The notes below the pieces were generated by a model. The model was not told the DNA's origin. It searched no databases and saw only the letters and a list, made by a program, of their open reading frames with translations. Shown piece by piece: positions 39,774 through 53,532 of a stretch of DNA of 64,000 bases. The DNA is from Geosiphon pyriformis uo1 (lineage: Eukaryota; Fungi; Glomeromycota), in assembly GCA_016748015.1 (NCBI GenBank), contig JAAOMT010000760.1, positions 758,216 through 822,215 on the forward strand, read 5' to 3'. How positions within the stretch are numbered: the first letter of the stretch is position 1; each line of letters begins with the position of its first letter. The translations under genes were made by a program, and so were the position numbers.

Positions 39774-42700
39774 GCAGTCTTTTAAGTTTTTAGAACTGGA
39801 ATTATTAGTTGCCAAAATTGTTAAGAGATTAAACTTGTATAATATTCTTAGTCTTGATTGTCTTATAAAGAAATAGTTAACTTTAAATATTGTTAAAGCT
39901 CTTGTAGTGATGAACATAATTCAGAATAGTGAGAAATTAGTGGATATTCTCAAACATTTATTTTTGGTTAAAAAGAAGTATAAGAAGTCTAAAATATATG
40001 AGTCGAAGTTAGCTGAAAAGGCTTCTATTAGAAAGGTGATTGAGAAACACATAGATAAGTTTTGTTTTTATAAGAGTAGTATAATTAAGAGTGTTTTGAA
40101 TTAATCCTTTCATAAAGTGGTTTTGGATCACTTAGTGGTGAATAATAAGTTAGTTTTAGAACCAGAAGAAGTGAAGCTCAATGTTGATAAAATTATGGAA
40201 AAGTGGATAAAAAAGTAAAATATGCTTTTAGTAGTATCTAATCTCTGGGCTTGCCAATATGTACTGTTAGATTACATAAAAAATGATACTTTTTTTGGTG
40301 TTATGTATGCAATCAGTATAATTAAATTGCTCTTGGTTGTTAATGGTTTGCTTAATGACAAAGCTGTAAACTTATCTGGCATTCCTAATAAACTTTAAAA
40401 GCATGATAAGGATGAAGTGATAGAGTGCTTTTTAGGACTGTTAAATATATGCTTGGCAGTTGGAAGTGTTCCTGTTTTGTAAAAAAGGGCTTGGGTATTA
40501 TTAATTCCTAAACTTTATGACTGAGATGAAATTTTTACAAATATTTGATTTATTGTATTAATTAAAACTGCCAAAAAAATTCTCTCCAAGATTTTTTTTG
40601 ATAAGATTTCTTTTGTATATAGCAAGTGTGGTGTTCTTCATAGTGATAATTTTTCTGTTTTGAAGAATATGTCTATCCAATTTTCTGTGTTTACAGTTGA
40701 TTTAGTGGTTAAAAATATAGTAGAGAAAAATTGGAAACTCGAGTTGGTCTTACAGGATATGTATAAGATATAATTTGTTTAGTTGGTATCACTTAAAGAC
40801 TAGCTTAAAATGGATCAAAATATGTAATAAATTTATCAATTTCTTTGGTAACATATATAGTAATAAAGTTAATAAGGTAATGATAGATTTCAGTCTTTCA
40901 GAAAGCTATAAAGTGCATAATAGTTTGGATTAGAGTGAAGTTTTTTCCTCCCTTCTTTAGAGGATTTTTTATAATTCACTTTTATATAAGGTCAAGAGAC
41001 ATAAACATTTATGTGAATATTAGATTAATACTAAGTTTGTGGCAAAAACTAGTAGGATTGAAAATAATGATGATTTGTCTTCTTTTTTTACAGTTAGTGC
41101 ATTTGTGGATGATACTATTTGGATTGGAGATTGTCAGGCTTTTATATAGTGTGCTCTAAATATTGCTAGTAAATTTTTTTTAATCAATGATATTTTAATT
41201 AATACTGAGAAAATTATAGCTATTCTTATTAATTAAGATATTAGAATTGTTTCTTTGAGTATTGATAATCAACCAATTTTGATTGCCAAAAAAAGCAAAG
41301 TGCATAAATATCTTGGGATTTTTTTATTAACTGAGAGGTTGTCCAAGCCAAATATGGCCAAGGCTTATTTTAATGTTCATTTTTTTGTCAATATGGTGCT
41401 CAGAAAGACTATTATGGATAAGCAGTTTTTTTATTTGGTGTCAGCTGTTTTGCAGTCTATTATTAATTATAGAATCCAATTTAACTTCATTTTATCAAGT
41501 GTGTATTACAAATGGAATGTCATAATCAGGAAAGGCCTTAAGACTAAAGCATGTTTGCCACATAATTTCTTTAGTAAGGCTTTGTATTTTCTATCATTAT
41601 ATGGTCTGAAATTTTTTGAACAAATGCAATCTAAAAATAAACTGGCTGCTATGATTTTGTTTTTTAATGCTCTGGGTATTTTTGGTCATTTATTTCATTA
41701 TAGATTCTTAGATTTGCATGTTTTGAAGTGGCTCCTTTAAATCTTCTGCAGTTCTCTGTTAAGTTGCTTATTAATCTTGTAAACAATTTTTTGGCTGGTG
41801 TGGTTAAGATTTTTTTAAGTAATAAGTTATCTTTAGCAAACAATTTGCCTAATGTTTTTCATAGTTCTGGTATTTTTTGATGTCATCAATTTTTGGGAAG
41901 ACTTTGTATTTTAATTTAATTCATTTTTTGAAGCATTCTGTGATCGCTTTTGGTAATAGACTTTTTGATAAAAAAGACTGTGTGATGGATTGAAAGATCT
42001 TTTATTGGTAGAAAAAATTAGATCCTAGAGGCCTTGTTCTTTATTGGTTTAAGGTCACATCAAAATTTTTGCATGGTAAGAGTTCTTGTTCATCTGATTT
42101 ATCTGTGTTTATTCAGCCTATTAGCTTGAACATTTTGGATTTCAGAAAGTTTGCTAATATGCAGGATGGCTTACATGAAGTTTGGTCTAATTCATTCGAA
42201 ATATACACAGATAGTTTGTTAAAAAATGCTGGCTCTGCTGGTGTTATTAGTGGTGCTGCTGCATATTTTCCAGCTTTGAATATAAGTGTTGGTGTCAGGG
42301 TTCACAGTCTTGTATTTTTCATTATGACTAAGTTGCAGGCTGTTGCTTTGTCTTTGAAGTGGGTTCTATCTTTCTGTTTTGTGGTTTTGCATCTTAATAG
42401 CCAAGCTGCTATTGATTTGTGTGTATCTAAGATGTTATTTGCTATGTCAGATTTTTATAATTAATGCTGAATTGAGAGAAAGCATATTATTAATTTGATT
42501 AGGAATAAGAATTTTATAGTAAATTAGGTCAAAGTTAAAGATCATTCTGGAATTTATGATAATGTAAAGACAGACACTACTACAAAAATAGCTGCTGGCT
42601 CTCCTCTTTTTTTGCCAATAAAGATGTGAGAATGTTTTTTGGTGGCTGAAAAAACTGTTGTATTTAACAATGCCTGCTATTTTGTCAAAAACATTTTTAG

Positions 42701-43477
42701 GTCTATTTTTCGTGCTTATTAAAAGATTGGTTCTGGCCATAATGTGGTTCCTAATGCATTAGTCAAAAATATAAATTGAGATGTTACTGCAAAAGTCTGG
42801 CATCTTGACTTATATATGCTCATTGGTTCTACTAATTGGAAGTTATTCAACTTTTGTATATTCTTAATGAAAACTGTGCACAGATAGTTATTAGTAATCA
42901 TTAGAAAAAAGTTGTATAATAAAGAGTATTCTGGTGTGCTGTGTTTGCTGTATAGTAAGGTAAAATTATCAGATCATGCTTTTACTTATGCTTAGGATGT
43001 TGGTATTTAGGAAAAAATTTTGGTTGAAGCCTCTATCAGATAAGTTGTTTCAGTAAATTTTCATGGTTTGTTTTCCTCTGCTGTTTTGCAGATGCTCTCT
43101 TGTTATTTGTCAGATACTGGGACTTATGCAGTTGTGTATAAGAGGTTTGTTCTAAAAAATTGGTGTATGAAGACTATTAAAATTTTGATAGTAGAAAAAA
43201 AGCTGTTGTTGATTTTGTAAGATATCTGATAGAATTGCATTATTTTAGAGCTTGGCTGGCAAAGTTTAAGTTTAGAGTTGATATAAAAAAAACTGGCTTG
43301 ATTGGAAATAGCAGTGTAGTATCAGGTTTGTTATGTAGTTTGGTATTGATGCTATTTAATGATGTGATTAAAATGCTTGGTATTATTAGATTTTTTGTTA
43401 TTAGTTTTATCTATTATAGGCCATGCCTCTTTTTTTCTAGTCTAGATTGTGATATAAATGTTAGTATAGGTGTATAG
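39774..43477 (+). pseudogene. LINE ORF2 3' part: reverse transcriptase, RNase H and C-terminal Cys/His motif, degenerate
   Basis: KAVNLSGIPN, LIPK...TAKKILSKI, LQDM, AFVDDTIWIG (41099-41128), HKYLGIFL; RNase H IYTDSL (~42201), LQAVALSL, NSQAAID, VKVKDHSGIYDN; CLL...SDHAF; ends DINVSIGV*. Confidence 0.85.
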
Positions 43478-44589
43478 TATAGCTTTGTCTGGTCTAAATA
43501 GCTAGTCACATGTAGTAAGTATGTAAATTACATTTAGTTTAAGCCATTTAGTCTAATTCTATGTATTAGATAATAATTAAGTTTTACTCAATAAATAATA
43601 ATTAAAAAAAAAATTAAAATCAAATAACAAAATAAAATAATTAGATAAAAACATTGTAAGAACATGACTTGTTTTGCTTTTAAGACTAATAAAAAGTAGT
43701 TAAAAATTAATATAAAAAATAATATAATTAATATTAGCAATGCATTACTACTATTATTTGAAAAAAAAGTTTATTATCTATAACTAAATTCAAATTAAGC
43801 ATTATAATTAATACAATTGTAACAAAACTGATATAATTATCAAAAAAACCAAGTAAAATAAATGTTTTATTTCTTATAAAAAAAGTGTAATCTAAACTTT
43901 TATTTTTAAGCTTTTAGTTTTTGTAATATTAAAAGCTATAATTAAATTAACAACTTAAATTTATGATAGTTACTAAAAAAATTAAACAAACAATGAAAAC
44001 AAGCTTTTTTCAAACAAATATACAAAACAAAATAAATCTTTTTTTTAATCTTAAGAATATATTTATAAATTTTTTTTACAATAAATAATTAAAATTTTTT
44101 AATTACACAAATTCTGTTTTTTATTATTTTTAAATATTTTTATAGAATATAAATAATTGCACTTGTTAAAAATTTTGTTAATCTTACTTTATATAAATTT
44201 GGTCATATATATTGTATTTTTTAATCAAAAACACTACCATTTAGCAACTATATTTAAATATGGCTTTTAAATAAATAAATTATCTTAATTTTGCCAATAA
44301 TAATTTTTTACTCTAAATACTTATGTAAAGTTTTGATGTTTGGTCTGGTTTAGTTTAAGTTCAATTAAACTACTAAACCAAACTAAACTTAAGCATAAAA
44401 TTTGGCAAAATTTTAAACTTAAACTTAAACCAAACTTAAAATTACTGAACTTAAACCAAACTCAAACACATACAACAAGTCTGGTTTAAATTCGATTTAA
44501 AGTTCATAAATATGCTCAGATTTAACTATTAAAAACATTATATTATATTATATTATTATTTAATTTTCTTTTTAATAGTCCTTGTATTT

Positions 44590-47330
44590 ATAATTGAAAA
44601 TACTGTACTGCTTTTATATTTTTAGGCACTAAGTGAAATCTTATATCTGTAATCATATTTCTATCTGTAAAAAAAGTATGTTTAAAAACAACAAATCATC
44701 TTTGAATTGCCAAATAATTACAAACTATACATATAAAACAAAAAAATTGTGTTTGATATACTTAAATATTAAATTATTAATAAAATATTAATTTAAATAA
44801 ATATTTTTTGTAATATATTTTCTATCATGTTATTATATTTATTTCTCTATTGATTATTTTTTCAAAGATATAATAATCAATTTTGTCAAGTTTTTTTTTC
44901 TTATTATTGTTAAAGTTTGCTTTTAATATAGATTATGTGACTGATATTATAATATTATTAAAATTGTCATTTAACAAAAACTGTTATTTAATATTGGTAT
45001 AATGTCCAGTATGTACTTTATTTTAAAAAGAATACACATTTTAAAAGTTTATTTATTATGTAAAAGTTGAAAAATAAAGCTGTTTAAATAAATTAATAAT
45101 TTACAATTTTTTTGTTTTATTAATATTGTCATCCAAAAATTTCTTCTTTGTAAAATAATAAAATTTTTTCCTTGGATTTAATGTAGTACAGAGCATTATA
45201 GTTGTATTTGTTTTAGAGTAATATTTAACCAACTTTTCTCTTGCTGTTTTAGCTATTATAATAAATAATAGATCTAATATTAAATATGTTAAATAAATAA
45301 CTAAATAAATATAATCGAAATTATAATGTTTTATCAAATTCATTATCATCAACCATGTCTTTGACATAATTAAGAATGATATTAAAAAGAAAATTATTGA
45401 AAAGACAGTATTATTTAAACTGGCTAATATTTTAACTATAATATTTTTAAATAGTTCAAGAAATTTAACAATTTTATCAAAAACAACTTATTAATTATGT
45501 GAAATAGCATATTAATAAAAGTTAATATGAGTGCTAGTAATAGTATTTAATGCTTATAAATTTACAATTAAAATTTTTTTATTCAAAATATATAGAATTA
45601 AAATATATATGACTTACTGATTTAAAAAATAACTTATTTTTAACCATATCATAAGTAAAATTCTACCAAGTAGAACAATTCAGAATAAATTTATGGTATT
45701 TAATTTGACATATATTATAAGTATGTTTAAGGAGCTTAAAATATTAAAGCAAGGTACAGATTACAGAATTAAGTTCCCTAATCTTTGATTTATACAAAGT
45801 TTACATTAAAAAAATTTCAAGTAAATATATTTGGTTTGGATTTTTAACAAATATTTTAGAAACATCATTTTTTATTTCATTTAGGACCACCTGTATTGCC
45901 AAATTTAGAATATAATTAAAGCATTAAAATTGAAAATTATTTGAGTTCTATTGAATGTTTTTTTCTTTTGATTTTTTTACTAACTTTCTTATAAAATACT
46001 ATTATTTGCAGCATTATTAAAGATAAAAGCAAGAAGCTGTTGAAAAAAAATTAGATTATAACTAATAAAATTAATAGTAAACTCATATAAAAAAAGAGTG
46101 AGTGTAACTCTTTTTTAAACTTCTTTCTTAACTTTTTTGGCCGAAAATTTAGCTCTAAAGCAATGATGAAAATCAACTTAAGCCAATATTAAGAAAATGT
46201 AATTTTCAATGATATAAGCATTGTAATAACTCTGAGTCTTAAATGATACTAATGCCGAAAATTTAGCTTTGAGACAATGATGAAAACCAACTTAAGTTAA
46301 TATTGAAAAAACACAATTTTTGATGATATAACCACTGTGATAACTTTAAGTCTCAGATGATACTAATATGCTGATCTTATCATTGGTCATTAACTAATCC
46401 AAATTTATACAAAAATATACGTATGTATCTTTGATGTAATTTTATAATTTTTTAATACTTTAAAAAATCTATTTACAATATTTATTCTATTATGTAATCT
46501 ACTTATTAATCCAAAATCAATTATTGTTTGTTGAAGGTCCCAATTGTCATTGATATAATGAGCAATAACAGAGACAAAGGCTTTGTTATTAAAAGATGTT
46601 TAGAGATCTGATATAAAAAAATTTTTGAAGTTAATAGTACTTAAGTATGCCTATTATATTATAAGTATAAGTGAAAAAAAAGAGACATTTCATAATAAAA
46701 ATAGTGCTTACTTTTAATTTTTGTCTATCCAAAATATAGAGTTCTATGACTTTATTTTTAATTACATCAGCACAAACAGATTGAGAAGTGGGATTCAAAT
46801 ATTGGAATATTTTGATTAATTTAGGGTCTTCTACTATAAGAAATGATCATTAGTGGTTGATAAGCCAAATAGTAATTATGCTATAAAGTTTTTCATTATC
46901 AATGTCAATAGCAGTTACTACAAAAGGCTAGAGCAGTTTTCTAGTTAGATTGGCCAAAAATCATAAAAAAAATAGCAATCTCATCTATTGAAATATTTCT
47001 TCAATTGACTTATAATTTTTCTGAACATTTTATCTTTTCTTATAATATTTTTTCATTGTAACATATACTGTCCAGTGGGAAGTCTCTAAATAGCGCCATA
47101 AGAGTTTAGTAGTGTCTATAATTCCACAAGAAAATGGTTTATGTACACATTTTGAGACCATATATTAGCTGTTTTTTTTCTTTTGTTCACTCAAACTTAT
47201 CAAAATAGTCACATATTTCACTTTGAAAACTACGTTTACCAAATATATTAATATTTGGACTATTTGGATTATCAAATTCTGTTATTTCGGATTTTGAATC
47301 TTTAGTAATATTGGATGATGCCGACAATAA
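44590..47330 (-). pseudogene. Degenerate hAT transposase
   Basis: BED-finger relic SEICDYF...LWRYLETSH; FISDL*TSFNNKAFVSVIAHYINDNW; LAFIFNNAANN (DNAxN); CFNYILNLAIQ (CxxH); KLVKYY...LNPRKK; dimerisation relic FFTDRNMITDIRFHLVPK. Confidence 0.82.
46140..46367. repeat. Tandem duplication, 2 x 114 bp, inside the hAT transposase
   Basis: Units begin gccgaaaatttagct at 46140 and 46254 and align without gaps. Confidence 0.85.
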
Positions 47331-50300
47331 ATTCATTTTGGTAAATTGGCATAGTTTTATATACCTTTTTAACTGATCATAGTAATTAAACAAAGTAATA
47401 ATTAATGAACAAGTAGTACAAGTTATATTTTTTTTAATTCCATCAAACTTGAACAAGTTCGTGAACTTCGAACCAGACTTGAACCGAACTCAGACTTGTC
47501 AAAAAGGTTCAATGCTGAACTCGAACCAAACCTACTTTAAAAAATTGATTCAGTTCATAATTCGAACCAAACTTGAACAACACCCAAAGTTCAGTTCGGT
47601 TTGGTTCAATCAGAACCCTATACTTATGTGCTAATTTAATATTGGTATTGAAATCATATCATTTTTTTTAACAACAATTTGTTTGACTTGAAAATAAATA
47701 CAGCTTAAATAATATTCTTAATTTTTAAGAAATAGATATTTTCCAAACAAAATTTTTTCACCATAATTAATTTCTTTTGAGTTGTATTTTTTTTAACACC
47801 AAAATATTTAATATTAATACATAATTTTGTAGAAGTTTAATAATATAAAATGTTTTAAGAGATAGCAAAATGTTTTTTTATATTGTTATTTTTAAAAACT
47901 GTTTTTTTAGTACTAAAGTAGAATAGAAAGTGAAGAAAATAATGGTGAAAGGTTGCAAGAAAACAATAAATTTCTGTTAATAATATGTGTTTTATTGATT
48001 TTTGGCTCCTGGTTATTAAAAAATTAAAATGAAAAAAAGCATTTTTGAACATTTATTTGGCTTTTAAAAACTTTAGATTATTTAAAAGTTGCTATGAACA
48101 AATTCTATTGTCATTAATTTACATTTAATTCGAGATATACCATTTTAAAACAAAATTTACATAAATAATGAAACAAAGATTTTCGTGTTTATTTTATTAT
48201 AATATGTTTATTAAAATCAAAACTCATGAATATTCAATCATCATAAATTTTTTATGTAAAACACACCAGAACTAAACTTTAATATTGATCAAAAAAAAGT
48301 CTTTATGGAAGGCAAAAGAATTTATCGCAGCATTTTTAATTAATAACTTTCATATATATCAACAATTAATTTTTGGCTAAAATTTTTTTCCATGAGGGAA
48401 TTTTAATTCATTTCAGGTTATATCACATTATGAGTCATAAATAGTGAATTATATGTTGACCCTTATACACTATCTAAATAAAGTAGGTAACAAGACTTTT
48501 AAAAATAAATTAGAAAACAGAAAGGTTTTGAAAACAAAAAAAAATGGTTATACATTATCAGTGATAGTTTTGTACTTTCATTTGACACATGGGCTGAAAA
48601 GACACTGGCATCATTACCGTAAATTGGAACGGGATTTACAATTAAAATTTTTGACATGAAGCTCCAACACATGAACAAACCTTTATTTGTTTTGGTGGCG
48701 CAAATTTCGATATTTATGCAGCCTTGCAATTTGATGTCAACAAAATTAAAAATTGCCGGGAAAAAAGACCCAATCAAGCATTCCACTTTGGCACTCTTAT
48801 TCTTGTTTTTGTAATACCCTATGCACGTGTGACGAAAAGTAAAGCGATATATTTTAAGTGGATCAAAAGTTGGTTTCTAATGTATTGCATATACAAAAAA
48901 TCTACTATTTGAGATATTATGAGGTCAAAAAAGGTTTAATTTCTAAATTCGCATGCTTACAGATATCATTTTTAATGAAAATTTTCAATGCTATATTCAA
49001 GTTTAGATTTAAATCTTATCAAAAGCATTGGACTATTTGTTGCTCATTAAAGAATTTTTTTATTTGATAAAAATTGAGTTGCCCCTTTTGGCAAGGTCTG
49101 AAGCTCTTAGAATTTGCTTTATTTTGACAAAAAACAGGGTATCAATTTAGTGATTAAAATTACAAACAATTTCATTTCATTCATACAATACAATATGTTG
49201 CTGATTAAATTTCATATTTTGTTTAAGGGAGATAAGTTCTAGAAATTAGGGTAAAATTTCTAATTTTATTATAGTTATTGATTCTTTCTAATAGAAAAAA
49301 ATCATTCTTTTGCTATCTATATCAAGATTTTATTTCTGTACTTAAAATATTGTATTTGTTGCTTGATGAGTAATATTTCGGGCATCATTTTCAAAAATAT
49401 ATTTGAAATCTTATAATAATACATGTTAAGCCATAACTGAGGAAACCTTATTTTCCTCCTGGATCACCACATATTTTTTTCGCTGTTGGCCCAAAATGGC
49501 AATAATTAAGGTAATGAGTCATGCCATTTTTTGTACAATAAATAAGGTAATAGCAAACACTGCACTCTTTGATTAAAATGGATATTATTGAATTGAAATA
49601 TTTGCATCATTTCTTGTCATTATGATGATGATTGGAAATTATTCTAGTTCGAACTTGACTTGATGTTGGCAAAGGCGTGGGTTACTAAACGCCTCAATTT
49701 TTTTCAAAATCTATTTGTGAGGTTCGAATGAGATCTTTCATTTATCTTTCAGAATTTTCTTTTTCCAGATATTTTTTTGGTCAAAGGAAAGAATTACAAG
49801 TTTTTTGGAATGTCACGCTGTTAAAGTATAGTTTAAAACCCAATTTTTAATTTTCATAATTGTACGATAAATTATTTACTTATTTGCTATTTTGTTCAAA
49901 TAAAAATTATTTCTTGGCAGGGACAACCAATTTTGCTTTTGGGAAAACTTTTTTTACCATAATTAAAACTAAATAATTATGTTTTCCAAAGAGATTTGAT
50001 ATTTAATCATTGATTCTAAATTATTTAAATATTGGAAATAAAAAATTAATTGTGATAAAAAATATTACTAAAAATTATTTCTCGATTCAGAAATCAGAAA
50101 TTAGAAATCAGAAAATATTTTACGGATTTCCCGGTGACCTTGAATGATTACCCGATACAAAATCAAATTTACGCAGTAGATTAACTTTTCACAAATGATT
50201 CATCACAAGTAATGGATAGATGTTTGTGAGATATAAAAACTTGTATTATCAAGAATATTACCTAAATGGACTCATTTTTTTTGGAATGAAAGTTAATTTT

Positions 50301-50819
50301 TATCAGATTAATTAGAAATTCTCAAATACCACGCCTAAAATTTTAATTGAAGAATTGAAATTAATTATTAAAAACAGTTTTTCAAAAATACGAACGTAGC
50401 ATAAAAATTTAACCTTTACAAGTGACTGTATATGGTACAAAATTTTTGAGACTTTATTCAATTGGATATTTACATTTTCGTATTAATAATTTTGTTGTTT
50501 AAGGAATAAAATTTTAAAAAAGGTATGAGTTTCAGTATTTCAAAAGTTAATTTCTTGAGATATGCTCATATGATTTAAGTTTAACTGTTCAAGCCTGATT
50601 AATAATTGCAAATTTTTGAACCAGGGTTTTCTTTCTTTTTTTGATTATTATTTCGCTAAAGTTTTACTTTTAAAATATAATATTTTTCGTTTTATTATAT
50701 AAAATTTCATTACATTATATTATCTATATTTCAGTAAAAGAGAAAGTATCCACTTAATCAGTCATAAGTTTTGAGAAATTAAAAATATTTCTTTCTAAGC
50801 AATAATATGTTACAGCAAG

Positions 50820-50855
50820 GCAGCAGCAGCAGTTGTTGTTGTGTTGTTGTTGTTG

Positions 50856-50891
<36 letters not shown>
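50820..50891. repeat. Compound microsatellite (CAG)n/(GTT)n
   Basis: cagcagcagcagttgttgttgtgttgttg... Confidence 0.9.
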
Positions 50892-52930
50892 CCATATACC
50901 AAAAAAGATGGATTAATTGTAGGATCATAAAACATAGAGTTTCAGCTTATTTGAACCCAAAAAGAAATTAACAGATACCATATGGAGCAAAATTTTCAGT
51001 CAAGTTCCGAAAGTTTCAAGAATTGCAAAAATTTTTTGAAAATTCTAAAACAGTGTTTGATTATCTTAGATTTTTTAAAAATCATTCATTACTACTAAAA
51101 ATTGATAACTTTGTTGTCAGTTCCCAATTTTATTCGCAGGCCAGCCATGTGAGTTAAACATCTGTAGGGCAAAAAAATGTCCAATACATTTACATGTGAA
51201 GAATATTAGGTTTAAAAATAAGTACCTAAACAAACCAATCAATGTCAATTATAATCAAACAGATTATTTCCTTTGTGTATTATAATTAACAGTATGATGA
51301 GCACAAGATAAAACCGTTATTTTTAAATTTAGATACAAATAAATTTTATCACCTTTAAATAAATGTAAATTATTATAAAATATAAAGTCTTTAAAAAAAT
51401 TTTAATTTATTTGTGATACTGCTCCTTTTTCAATGACATTCTACCAGTTTTTTTTGCATAATTTATTTTGATGTTAATATTTTGAACTTAATCTCAGTTC
51501 CTCGAAAACAGACCAGTTTACCAGTGTCAATATTCCTTGTTTATTTTAATTCTTTTTTACACTTTTTTTTGATTGTTTGCTACTAAAATAAAAAGATTTC
51601 AAGATAAAAGTCAAATTATTAATTGCACATTGGGCATTAAACAAATTAAACAGGATTTAGAATATATTTTTTTTAGATTTGTTGCCATTTGAGATTCTTA
51701 ATTAAAATGAAATTCTTTTGCCGAATTTATGAAATATTTAGTTTCAAAAATATCTTATCAATGAATGTGAACCAATAAAATTAGAGTTTTTACTTTTGAT
51801 TATTGATTTATCAATTATCATCGCGAATGAACATATCTCGGTTAAGATTTATCTTTCTAGGATTTCTTTTACAGTCGACAAATTAAGTTCATCACAATCT
51901 TTCTCTAAAATATTTTATCAACTCAATTAATCTATTCCCTTACTTAGATATAAAAACTGTTGGTCACTTTGTAATATTAAAAATATAAATTAAAAACCTG
52001 AATGTAAATTTTTCACCAATGAGTTGAAATCCTATGTGCGCAATAGAAAGACACGAGAATATTTTAAAGATTTTCTTTTGTAAGAGCTGATCTAAGCTTT
52101 CTCAACTATTTTAGATTATAGTACAAATATTGTTTACCTTAGAGTTTGTTAATTACTTTGACTTGAAGTTTATGAATACAAGGTTTTTCTCTCTCATGAA
52201 AAGGAATTCCTCCTTCCAATCTCTACATTTAATGAAACAGGAAAAAAATACATGCCCAGACTTTTTAGACCTGAACAGTTCATATGAATTTTTTTAAGGT
52301 TTTGCAGCTTACTTCACATGTCCATAAATAGATTTAAATCATATATATTTGTTTCAGTTAATTTAGTTTCATTTACATATGGTACCATATTCACCAAGAT
52401 TCAAATTCCCTTTTAAATGGTGTGTTCAATACTTTTTTTCCTTCAATGGTACATTACATCTTTGTATAAGAAAACTGCTATGTAACATGTAACCATTCTT
52501 TTATTTTACATGAGGACTTGAGATTTACCCACATATCTAGATTTTGGAGCATATTACCATCAATAACATCAAAAGAGACGCAAAACAAAGCAATAATTCT
52601 ATTATTACACTCAATATATAATAATGAATTAGAATAATAAACATCGCATTTAAATTTAAAAAAGTTGCATAAATTAAACTTTAATCTCAAAATAGAGCAT
52701 TCATTCAAGATAAAAAACGTTTCAATCATCATGTTTATTTCCCACTTTGTATTAATTTAAGAATTTTGAATAGGATCCAGAATAATCGAGAGATTGCAAG
52801 CTTTAACCACTTTTGATTAATCCTTTGTCAATCAAATGATCTGGATATTTCGATAACTCTATTTTTAAAAATCTGTGCTTTCAAAAATGAAACTTGTTTT
52901 TAGCGGGTCAAAAAAATGAATACCATTCTG

Positions 52931-52956
52931 CATCATCATCATCATCATCATCATCA
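52931..52956. repeat. (CAT)n microsatellite
   Basis: catcatcatcatcatcatcatcatca. Confidence 0.85.
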
Positions 52957-53444
52957 TTATAATTGACAACATCATAATCATCCTCATCATCACTGTTTAT
53001 TTGTAGCCATTTAATTTAATGTTCATTCAAAAAACATTGGAATTTCAATTCAAACCAAGCAGCTTTTGTTTTCAATTAATTGTATCAAGTTCAATTTTTC
53101 TCTATTTAGGATAATTGAGTCAGTTTAAAAGTAAAGCGTTGACACAGTTTGTATTGTAAGTTTCTCCATCCAACTCTACCGAATTTTTAATTTTAAAGAT
53201 TTACCTTCATCGCGTCCCACAATCTCATGTATACACACAAAGGAAATCCAGTTTTTCTTCATATTCATCCGGTCGATATCGAAATAAACTAGATTAAAAG
53301 CTGATAAAACATGCTGGTTTCTAACCTAAAATAAGATACAATTAGGAAAGAACAAAAAGTTATCTTGGAAACTATATTCGAAAATCAAGTTGGGTTACCC
53401 TCCGAGGATATTTAATAATTGAATGAGTGATATAAATAATATAA

Positions 53445-53499
53445 AAACAACAATAACAACAACAATAACAACAACAATAACAACAACAACAACAACAAC

Positions 53500-53527
<28 letters not shown>
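53445..53527. repeat. Compound (CAA/TAA)n microsatellite
   Basis: aacaacaataacaacaacaataac...aataataataa. Confidence 0.9.

Positions 53528-53532
<5 letters not shown>

Larger units (their letters stand above)
28350..43613 (+). mobile_element. Degenerate full-length LINE (ORF1 + ORF2 APE-RT-RNase H-CCHC), interrupted by an LTR retrotransposon at 30935-39769; 5' boundary approximate
   Basis: ORF1 and ORF2 motifs occur in order. The reading frame is restored across the insertion (CSRN|VQSFKFLELELLVAKIVK). The 3' end has AATAAA (43590) and an A-run at 43604-43613. Confidence 0.85.
44326..47620 (-). mobile_element. hAT-superfamily DNA transposon relic with intact boundaries; 8-bp TSD TACTTATG (44318-44325 and 47621-47628)
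   Basis: Right TIR tcagaacccta (reverse complement TAGGGTTCTGA); left TIR taaagttttga is the same sequence with two G>A and one C>T. Subterminal GAACC/GGTTC-type repeat arrays at 44340-44520 and 47445-47610; perfect 8-bp TSD. Confidence 0.9.

Noticed and set aside
44340-47610. Short repeat arrays as CRISPR-like
   Set aside because: Irregular degenerate subterminal repeats of the hAT element in a eukaryotic context, with no repeat-spacer periodicity.
47855-52732. Short ORFs in AT-rich intergenic DNA (also 13943-19487 and 57482-57715)
   Set aside because: F/L/I/K/N-biased translations with no recognisable motifs, consistent with chance ORFs.
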